Shown here one piece after another: positions 18,657 to 25,834 of a DNA stretch of 64,000 bases. Where the stretch lies: NCBI GenBank assembly GCA_044866315.1, contig JBIOTX010000233.1, forward strand, positions 3,444 to 67,443, read 5' to 3'. The position numbers and the translations under genes are program-made. The stretch is from Thermoanaerobaculia bacterium (GTDB lineage: Bacteria; Acidobacteriota; Thermoanaerobaculia; Gp7-AA8). The notes beneath the pieces are model-generated. The model was given only the letters and a program-made list of their open reading frames with translations. It ran no database searches and was not told where the DNA came from. Each line of letters opens with the position of its first letter. The first letter of the stretch is position 1.

Positions 18657-18750
18657 CTGCAGGGATTCTAGAGCACTTCCAGTGGGCGGGCGTCCCACCC
18701 GCTGCGCGGCGCGAGGCAGGCGAGACGCCTGCACTACACTAATTACCCGG

Positions 18751-19386
18751 ATGCCCGATTCTCACCTCGTTACCTGCCACACCTGCCGCGCGGAGTTCGA
18801 TGCGCGGGAGGCGGGGTGGTGCTCCTGCCTGCACAAGGAGCGGACGTTGGTCTGCCCGCACTGCCTGAACTGCTTCTGCCAGGCGCCGTTCGCGTACAAG
18901 AAGAAGTTCTGGGCCGAGGCGCCGCAGTCGCTGTGGGACCGCAAGCTCAAGGAACACGGCCAGGCGCGCCTGTTCGAGAATCCTCCGCCGGACGCGGTCC
19001 GGCATCCGCTGGTCCTCCTGGTCGACGACGAGCCGGAGATCCGCGAGGTGGCCATCCGGGTCATCGAGCTTCTCGGCTACGGGCTGGTGGTGGCCAGGGA
19101 CGGCGAGGAGGGGCTCGAGGCGGCCGCGCGCTACCAGCCGGAGCTCGTGCTCACCGACGCCATGATGCCGAAGCTCGACGGGCGGGAGATGGGCCTGCGC
19201 ATCAAGCAGGATCCGCGGACGGCGGGGACGAAGGTGGTGGTCATGACCTCGCTCTACAAGGATCCGCGCTACAAGCACGAGGCCTTCAAGACCTTCCAGG
19301 CCGACGAGTATCTGACCAAGCCGCTGTCGGCCTCAGGCTTGCGCGCGGTGCTGGAGAAGCACCTCGGCTACGCCACGAGCTCATGA
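18751..19386 (+). CDS. response-regulator receiver protein with N-terminal Cys-rich zinc-ribbon-like segment
   Basis: Starts at MPDSHLVTCHTCRAEF. The Cys/His pattern is CHTC...CSC...CPHCLNCFC. A REC domain follows (LLVDDEPEI, VLTDAMMPKLDG, MTSL, KP). Confidence 0.8.
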   Translation: MPDSHLVTCHTCRAEFDAREAGWCSCLHKERTLVCPHCLNCFCQAPFAYKKKFWAEAPQSLWDRKLKEHGQARLFENPPPDAVRHPLVLLVDDEPEIREVAIRVIELLGYGLVVARDGEEGLEAAARYQPELVLTDAMMPKLDGREMGLRIKQDPRTAGTKVVVMTSLYKDPRYKHEAFKTFQADEYLTKPLSASGLRAVLEKHLGYATSS

Positions 19387-20939
19387 CCACGCCGCGACCG
19401 TATCCGATTCCGGCGGACGAGGCCCTGCGGCTGCAGACGCTCCAGAGCTACGACATCCTCGACACGCCGAACGAGGCGGCCTTCGACGGCCTGGTGCGCC
19501 TGGCGGCGCTGATCTGCCAGACCCCCATCGCCCTCATCACCCTGGTCGACGAGACCCGGCAATGGTTCAAGGCCGCCGTCGGCCTGGGCATCCGCGAGAC
19601 CAGCCGCGACGCCGCCTTCTGTGCGCATGCGATCGTCCGCGACGGGACGATGGTCGTGACCGATGCCCTGGCCGACGAGCGGTTCGCGCACAACCCGCTG
19701 GTCCTGGGCGATCCGTACATTCGCTTCTACGCCGGCTCGCCGATCAAGACCGTCAACGACATGAACCTCGGCACGCTCTGCGTCATCGACCGCAAGCCGC
19801 GCACGCTGACCGCGGACCAACTGGCCTCGCTGGAGATCCTCAGCCGGCAGGTCCGCGACGAGCTCGATCTGCGCAAGCGCCTCCTGGAGCTTCGGCAGAG
19901 CGAGGAGCGGACCCGGGCCATCATCCGCAACCTCCTCGGCGGTCTGATCGTGGTGGGCATGAACGGCATCATCGAGTCGATCAACCCCGCGGCGGAGCGG
20001 ATCTTCGGCTACACCGCCGAGGAGCTGGTCGGGCAGCCGGTGGCGCTGCTGGTGCCGGGGGACGTGGGCGATCCACAAGAATTTCTGCGCGTCTCCCACC
20101 GCCAGGCCATCGGGCGGGTCACGGAATGGCGCGGGCGGCGCAAGAACGGCGAGGAGTTTCCGTTCGAGCTGTCGATGACCGAGTTCAAGATCGGCGAGGA
20201 GCGCTATTTCGCGGGGAACATCCGCGACATCTCCGAGCGCCGGGCCGTGGAGAAGCTGAAGAAGGAGTTCATCGCCACGGTCAGCCACGAGCTGCGCACG
20301 CCTCTGACGGCCATCCGCGGATCGATCGGCCTGCTGGCGGGAGGCGTGCTCGGCGAGCTGCCGCCGCCGGCGCGCTCGGCCGTCGCCATCGCCGATCGCA
20401 ACACCCAGCGGCTGCTCGAGTTGATCAACGACATCCTCGACTTCGAGCGCCTGGAGAGCGGCCGCATGGACCTGCATCTCTCGCCGCAGCCGCTGCGGCC
20501 GGTCGTCGAGCAGGCCCTGGAGGGAGTACGGCCGCTGGCGGATCAGCACGGGATCTCGTTCGAGCTTTCCGGTGACGACGTGGAGGTGATGGCCGATGCC
20601 TTCCGCATCGGCCAGGTCGTGGTCAACCTCGTCTCCAACGCCGTGAAGTTCTCCCCTCCCCGCACGACGGTGAAGATCTCGATCTCCGCGGACGACGGGA
20701 AGGCCATGGTCCGGGTGGAGGATCGCGGCCGAGGCATTCCGGCCGGGCAGGTGGAGAAAGTGTTCGAGCGCTTCCGCCAGGTCGAGGCCTCGGATTCGCG
20801 CAGCAAGGGCGGCACGGGCCTCGGCCTGGCCATCTCCAAGACCATCGTCGAGCAGCACGGCGGAACGATCGGCGTCGACTCGGTCGAAGGCCGCGGCAGC
20901 TCGTTCTGGTTCACCGTGCCGATCGCAGAAGGGCCATGA
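19383..20939 (+). CDS. GAF-PAS sensor histidine kinase
   Basis: ATGA overlap with the upstream gene. The N-terminus is GAF-like, followed by a PAS-like segment, an H-box (ATVSHELRTPLTAI) and HATPase G-boxes (DRGRGIP, GTGLGLAISK). Confidence 0.9.
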   Translation: MTTPRPYPIPADEALRLQTLQSYDILDTPNEAAFDGLVRLAALICQTPIALITLVDETRQWFKAAVGLGIRETSRDAAFCAHAIVRDGTMVVTDALADERFAHNPLVLGDPYIRFYAGSPIKTVNDMNLGTLCVIDRKPRTLTADQLASLEILSRQVRDELDLRKRLLELRQSEERTRAIIRNLLGGLIVVGMNGIIESINPAAERIFGYTAEELVGQPVALLVPGDVGDPQEFLRVSHRQAIGRVTEWRGRRKNGEEFPFELSMTEFKIGEERYFAGNIRDISERRAVEKLKKEFIATVSHELRTPLTAIRGSIGLLAGGVLGELPPPARSAVAIADRNTQRLLELINDILDFERLESGRMDLHLSPQPLRPVVEQALEGVRPLADQHGISFELSGDDVEVMADAFRIGQVVVNLVSNAVKFSPPRTTVKISISADDGKAMVRVEDRGRGIPAGQVEKVFERFRQVEASDSRSKGGTGLGLAISKTIVEQHGGTIGVDSVEGRGSSFWFTVPIAEGP

Positions 20940-21304
20940 AGATCCTGCTCATCGACGACGAAGAGGACGTGCGCGACGTGGCCAAGCTGAGCCTCGGCCT
21001 GGTCGGCGGCATGGACGTGCACACTGCGGCCAGCGGTGCCGAGGGGATTGCGGCCGCGACGGCGCTGCGGCCGGACGCCATCCTCATGGACCGGATGATG
21101 CCCGGCCTGGACGGGGCCTCGACGTTCGCCGCGCTGCGCGACGTCCCCGAGCTGCGCGAGGTGCCGATCATTTTTCTGACCGCCGCGGCGATGGCCGCGG
21201 ACGTGGACGAACTGATGCGCATGGGAGCGGCGGGCGTGATCGTCAAGCCGTTCGACCCGATGAGCCTTCCGGCGCAGGTGAAGAGCATCCTTGAGCGACG
21301 CTGA
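20936..21304 (+). CDS. single-domain response regulator (CheY-like)
   Basis: 122 aa with KILLIDDEEDV, ILMDRMMPGLDG, IFLTA and KPF. ATGA overlap with the kinase gene. Confidence 0.9.
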   Translation: MKILLIDDEEDVRDVAKLSLGLVGGMDVHTAASGAEGIAAATALRPDAILMDRMMPGLDGASTFAALRDVPELREVPIIFLTAAAMAADVDELMRMGAAGVIVKPFDPMSLPAQVKSILERR

Positions 21305-22868
21305 GATCACCGCCGCCCTGGCAGTGCTGCGGGAACGGTTCCTGCGCAATGCCGCGGGGCGGCTCGAGGAACTGGCGCGGGCTCTCGATGTGCGCGCCCT
21401 CGATCGCATCATCCACTCTGCCCACAATCTGGCCGGTCTCGGCGGCACGTACGGATTCGACAACGTCTCGGAGCTGGCCCGATCGCTGGAGGCGGAAGCG
21501 CGCGCCGCGGCGGCGGCGGGCGAGGTGCCGGAGGCGCAGCTCCGATCCTGGCGGAAGACGCTTGCCACCCTGGCGGCGATGCTCGAGCAACCCGGGGCCA
21601 CCGCGAGCGCGGCGACGGCGCCGGAGCAGCGATCGGTCGTTCTCTGCGTGACGCGCAGCAAGGAGATCGCCGACCACCTTGCCGCCGGCGCTCCGGCGTC
21701 GGTCGAGATCAGGCATGCGACGAGTGTCGCGGAGGCCGAGGCGATGCTGCGGAGCGCCGTGCCCGACGTCCTGGTCGCCGAATGCCAACTGCCGGACGGC
21801 AATGCCCGCGACGTGCTCGAGATCCTTCGCGCACAGCCCGGCGGAGACGCTGCGCTGGCGTTGGTCTTTGGAACCGAAGGCAGCGCCATGAAGAAGGTCG
21901 AGCTGCTGCGCAGCGGCGCCGACTCCCTCGTCGGCAGCCACTCGCCGGAGGCGATCGCCAAGCGCCTGGCCATGCTGCTCGAGCGCAGGCACGCCGCGGC
22001 GCAGCGCATCCTGTCCGTGGAGGACGATCCCGACCAGGCCGCCTATCTCTCGACCGTCCTCGGCAGCGCGGGATACTCGGTGCGGATCTGCGACGACCCG
22101 GCGCTCTTTGAGGCGGACCTCCTGTCCTTCCGCCCCGACCTGATCCTCATGGACCTCGACCTGCCCGGAGTGCGCGGCGACGAGCTGGCGCGGATCGTCC
22201 GCCAGTCCGACGACCTGGCCACATTGCCCATCGTCTTCCTGAGCGCCAGCACCAACCCCGCGGCGCGCCTCCAGGGCATCCGCGCCGGCGCCGACGATTT
22301 CCTCACCAAGCCCGTCGCCCCTCCCCTGCTCCTGGCCGTGATCGCCGCCAAGATCGAGCGCAGCCGCCACCTGGCCAGCCTCTTCGAGCGCGACGGCATC
22401 ACCGGCCTGCTCACCCACAGCGCCTTCTTCGACAAGCTCAACGCCCTCTGGCGCGCGCGGGATCGCGAGCCCGCGACGCTGGTGCTGATCGACCTCGATC
22501 ACTTCAAGAAGATCAACGACCGCTACGGCCACCTCACCGGCGACCGCGTCCTGGCCTCCTTCGGCGCCCTCGCCCGCCGCCGCCTGCGCGCCCTCGACCT
22601 GGTCGGCCGCTACGGCGGCGAAGAATTCGCGCTGGTCGTGACCGACGTGACCGCGGACGAGGCCTTCGCCCTCACCGAGCGCCTGCGCGAGGATCTGGCC
22701 GCGCTCGAGCACACGGCCGCGGATGGGACCACGTTCCGCGTCACCTTCAGCGCCGGCGTCGCGCCCCTCTCCGAGCAGTACCCGACCGTCGACGCCTGGA
22801 TCGCCGCCGCGGATGCGGCGTTGTATCGGGCGAAGGCGGAGGGGAGGAATCGGGTGGTAGAGGCGTAG
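21291..22868 (+). CDS. Hpt / pseudo-receiver / receiver / GGDEF diguanylate cyclase
   Basis: TTG start overlapping the previous gene. It has an Hpt His motif (HSAHNLAGLGGTYGF). The first REC-like domain has Glu at the phospho-acceptor position (VLVAECQLPDG). The second REC is canonical (ILMDLDLPGVRG). The GGDEF motif is GRYGGEEFALVV. Confidence 0.85.
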   Translation: MSDAEITAALAVLRERFLRNAAGRLEELARALDVRALDRIIHSAHNLAGLGGTYGFDNVSELARSLEAEARAAAAAGEVPEAQLRSWRKTLATLAAMLEQPGATASAATAPEQRSVVLCVTRSKEIADHLAAGAPASVEIRHATSVAEAEAMLRSAVPDVLVAECQLPDGNARDVLEILRAQPGGDAALALVFGTEGSAMKKVELLRSGADSLVGSHSPEAIAKRLAMLLERRHAAAQRILSVEDDPDQAAYLSTVLGSAGYSVRICDDPALFEADLLSFRPDLILMDLDLPGVRGDELARIVRQSDDLATLPIVFLSASTNPAARLQGIRAGADDFLTKPVAPPLLLAVIAAKIERSRHLASLFERDGITGLLTHSAFFDKLNALWRARDREPATLVLIDLDHFKKINDRYGHLTGDRVLASFGALARRRLRALDLVGRYGGEEFALVVTDVTADEAFALTERLREDLAALEHTAADGTTFRVTFSAGVAPLSEQYPTVDAWIAAADAALYRAKAEGRNRVVEA

Positions 22869-22967
22869 GGGCGGGGCACGAGGGCACGGGGGGCACGGGG
22901 GCACGGGGGTTGGGAGCCACGAACTTCCTGCCCTCGTGCGCTCGTGCCCTCGTGCCCTCGTGCGCCA
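22847..22967. repeat. direct repeat A plus inverted arrays of an 8-nt unit (GGCACGAG / CTCGTGCC)
   Basis: GGAATCGGGTGGTAGAGGCGTAGGGGCGGGGCACG includes the last 7 codons and the stop of the GGDEF gene. A G-rich octamer arm follows, then a 20-nt loop and the complementary CCTCGTGC x4 arm. Confidence 0.8.
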
Positions 22968-23091
22968 GCTCCGCCTGCGTCTCGATCGTCGGGGCTGGTC
23001 ACTGATCAGCACCACGCCGGCGGGACTGAGCAGGTGGGCAACGGGTAGGGACCGCCCGTGCTGGCGGTTCTCCTTCCCATCGAGGTGCGTT

Positions 23092-23658
23092 ATGAACGTT
23101 CGCGTCTTGGTATCCATAACGGTCGCGGTCATCGCGCTCTCCACAGCCGTCATCGTCGCAACCGCTTCGCCGAAATGGGAGTATTACGTCGGCGCGGTTC
23201 CTGACCGAGCCTTCATCCCGGCAATGGATGCTCTGGGTGCCGATGGTTGGGAGCTGGTAACGGCACGTCGCGCAAGCACCGAGGATCCGTCAGGACGCGA
23301 ATTTCGCTACGAAGTCATCATGAAGCGACGCGTATCGTTTCGAAATCCGCGAACCCCTGATATCGATAAAGTCGTCGAGCGTGCACTGGCCCAGCCGTCA
23401 TCACCGCAGGGCGATGGAGAGCCTCCGCCGGAAATCGCCTCCGCCAACGCGACCACCACCGAACAGCAGCCGCAATGGATTCGCCCCGCCGATCGTCAGC
23501 TGGTGGTTCTGGACACGGCGCATCGGTTCCATTCACGCGAGGACTGCACCTACATCCGCCCGCGGTATGACGGCAAGATGCCTCGGTTCGAGGCAGTTGC
23601 CAAGGGTTATGTGGAGCACCCCTGTCCGGAACCCATCTTCCCAGCTCCGGCCCGATAG
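23092..23658 (+). CDS. membrane-anchored hypothetical protein with DUF4177-like N-terminal domain
   Basis: Starts at MNVRVLVSITVAVIALSTAVIV, with GAGGTG upstream. KWEYYVG...LGADGWELVTA...YEVIMKR resembles DUF4177 as I recall it. The C-terminal part is Cys/His-containing (HSREDCTY...HPCPEP). Confidence 0.55.
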   Translation: MNVRVLVSITVAVIALSTAVIVATASPKWEYYVGAVPDRAFIPAMDALGADGWELVTARRASTEDPSGREFRYEVIMKRRVSFRNPRTPDIDKVVERALAQPSSPQGDGEPPPEIASANATTTEQQPQWIRPADRQLVVLDTAHRFHSREDCTYIRPRYDGKMPRFEAVAKGYVEHPCPEPIFPAPAR

Positions 23659-23682
23659 CAGGCCTTAGACCGGGAATTGTGT

Positions 23683-23778
23683 GGAATCGAGTGGTAGAGG
23701 CGTAGAGGCGGGGCACGGGGGGCTCGTGCCCTCGTGCCCTCGTGCCCTCGTGCCCTCGTGCCCCCGTGCCCCCGTCCC
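23683..23778. repeat. direct repeat B plus CTCGTGCC octamer tract (5 perfect and 2 degenerate copies)
   Basis: GGAATCGAGTGGTAGAGGCGTAGAGGCGGGGCACG matches repeat A at about 35 of 37 positions and lies 836 bp downstream of it. The octamer tract spans 23723-23778. Confidence 0.8.
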
Positions 23779-23860
23779 CCCCGCTGCGGGTAGGGAAAGC
23801 CCCTACTGACGGCCCTCCTTCCTTGGGTCCGAAAAAAATCCGAGAGAAAGTGAGTGTCAC

Positions 23861-25768
23861 ATGAAAGGTGTCTTCTTTGGTCTAGGTCTGCAGTACGACG
23901 ACGGCGACAGTCCGGCGATCGCCCTCAACCGCAACGGCCGCGTGCTCGAGGTCCACAAGAACGAGCTGGGGCTGACGCTCTATTACCGCACCGGCACGAC
24001 CAGCCAGATGAATGTGCGCTGGGACGCGAAGGCGAAGGAGTACACCGGCGGGGTGGAGCCGTCGGTGGCCCTCAACGCCTCGAACCGCCTGGTGGAGGTG
24101 CACAAGAACGAGGCGGGCGTGACGCTCTACTGCCGGCAAGGCAGGCTCGATGGCGAGACCATCCACTGGGACGGCGACAAGTGGGACGACTATACCTCCG
24201 GCCTCTCCCCCTCGGTCGCGCTCAACGACGCCGGCAAGGTCGTCGAAGTGCACCGCTCCGAGAAGACCACCCGCCTGTACTGGCGCGTCGGAAGGCTCGG
24301 CGTCCCGAACGTCGACTGGCTCAACGACGACAACTACGACAACGGCGACACGCCCCAGGTGGCGATCAACAACAACGACCACGTCGTGGAAGTGCACCGG
24401 TCGGAGCTCGGGGCGACGAATCTCTGGTACCACGTCGGGAAGATCACCTCGGACAACAAGATCGAGTTCGGCGAGAGCACGTTCTTCGCCAACGGCGCCG
24501 ACCCCTCGGTCGCTCTCACCGACGCCGGCGACGTCATCGTCTCCTGGAAGGAAGGCACGGAGCTGATGCAGCGGTTCGGCCAGATCAATACCTCCGACCA
24601 CAGCATCAACTGGATCGGCGACAAGCAGCCGTACGACAGCGGCAACACGCCGTCGGTCGCCGCGGCCGGCCGGATGGCCATCAACGCCCATGAAGGCTCG
24701 CTCGCGCAGACGCTCTGGTACTCGACCTCGCTCATCACCGACCGGGCCATCTGGATGACCGAGCGCCGCAGCCAGCTCGGCCCGCGCACGATCCCGCAGC
24801 TGGTCCTCCCCGCCTCGCACGACTCGGGGATGTACCTCGGCGACATCATCTCGTCGCTGGGAAAGACCCAGTCGCTGTCGATCTTCGAGCAGCTCGAGTA
24901 CGGCATCCGCTACTTCGACCTGCGCCCGGAGTGGACCAACGGCAAGTTCGTCATCCACCACGGCGTCATCAACGGACCCGACCTCTCCGTCGTGCTCGAC
25001 GACATCCGCCGCTACTGCCAGTTCGGCCACAAAGAGCTGATCATCATCGACTGGAGCCACTTCAAGAACTTCGACGCCGACGTCTACAAGACGTTCACGG
25101 ACCAGCTGAACGCCAAGATCGGGACGTGGCAGTTCAAAGGCCCCCTGCAGCCGGGACAGCGGCTGGCCGACATCCCGCTCTCGCAGTTCACGCCCAGCGG
25201 CCCGTGCATCCTCTCCGCGATCGACGAGGACTGGGCCATCGATGATCCGAAGCCGGGATTCTGGGTCTTCCGCAACTCGGCGGCCGCCGACTCCGACGAA
25301 GGCCAGCTGGTCGTCTTCGACCAGTACTCCGACACGGCCTTCTACGACACGATGCGCGACGATCAGCTCGAGAAGTACAAGAACTACGACGGCAAGCAGC
25401 AGAACTTCCCCAACCTGCCGTGCGACATGTTCCTCCTCTCCTGGACGCTGACCTCACCGGTCGGCGCAGGCGTCTGGCCGCTCTCGACGGAAGCGAACCG
25501 CCACCTCGGCTACGTCATCGACGACCCGGCGGTCCACATCCCGAACAGCCACGGCAAGATCATGAACGCGCTCTACGTCGACTACGTCGAGTTCGCGCGC
25601 GTCACCGACGTCGGGATCCTCCAGAACGAAGTACAGAGCGCGACGGTGACGGCCGGGGCGACGGACGCGAAGCTGAGCATCCGCGCCGAGTCCGGGCGCG
25701 ACACCGGGTTCGAGATCGTCACGCCGCCGGCGGCGAAGGAGCCGCCGAAGGAGATCACGGGGACGTAG
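23861..25768 (+). CDS. six-repeat (beta-propeller-like) domain fused to a PI-PLC X-domain phosphodiesterase
   Basis: 635 aa. It has six repeats of about 47 aa with the consensus G..PSVALN..G.VVEVH....LYYR.G. PLC X-domain motifs follow (LVLPASHDSG, GIRYFDLRPEW, VIHHGV). I see no signal peptide. Confidence 0.75.
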   Translation: MKGVFFGLGLQYDDGDSPAIALNRNGRVLEVHKNELGLTLYYRTGTTSQMNVRWDAKAKEYTGGVEPSVALNASNRLVEVHKNEAGVTLYCRQGRLDGETIHWDGDKWDDYTSGLSPSVALNDAGKVVEVHRSEKTTRLYWRVGRLGVPNVDWLNDDNYDNGDTPQVAINNNDHVVEVHRSELGATNLWYHVGKITSDNKIEFGESTFFANGADPSVALTDAGDVIVSWKEGTELMQRFGQINTSDHSINWIGDKQPYDSGNTPSVAAAGRMAINAHEGSLAQTLWYSTSLITDRAIWMTERRSQLGPRTIPQLVLPASHDSGMYLGDIISSLGKTQSLSIFEQLEYGIRYFDLRPEWTNGKFVIHHGVINGPDLSVVLDDIRRYCQFGHKELIIIDWSHFKNFDADVYKTFTDQLNAKIGTWQFKGPLQPGQRLADIPLSQFTPSGPCILSAIDEDWAIDDPKPGFWVFRNSAAADSDEGQLVVFDQYSDTAFYDTMRDDQLEKYKNYDGKQQNFPNLPCDMFLLSWTLTSPVGAGVWPLSTEANRHLGYVIDDPAVHIPNSHGKIMNALYVDYVEFARVTDVGILQNEVQSATVTAGATDAKLSIRAESGRDTGFEIVTPPAAKEPPKEITGT

Positions 25769-25780
25769 CTGCCGCCTCTC

Positions 25781-25808
25781 CCCTCTCCCCGCCGCAGCGG
25801 GGAGAGGG
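25781..25808. terminator. bidirectional stem-loop between convergent genes
   Basis: CCCTCTCCCCGC-CGCA-GCGGGGAGAGGG forms a perfect 12-bp stem. It lies between the stops at 25768 (+) and 25835 (-). Confidence 0.7.
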
Positions 25809-25834
25809 TGGCGCGTAGCGCCGGGTGAGGGGCC

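Noticed and set aside
21243-23153. 636-aa minus-strand ORF across the Hpt-REC-GGDEF gene and the octamer repeats.
   Set aside because: It is antisense to a gene with clear Hpt, REC and GGDEF motifs, and its N-terminus is translated repeat sequence.
22871-23778. Whether the GGCACGAG/CTCGTGCC arrays could be CRISPR, or the repeat-plus-hairpin sites integron attC sites.
   Set aside because: The unit is only 8 nt with no spacers, so it is not CRISPR. I see no RYYYAAC/GTTRRRY core sites and no integron integrase, so I do not call attC.
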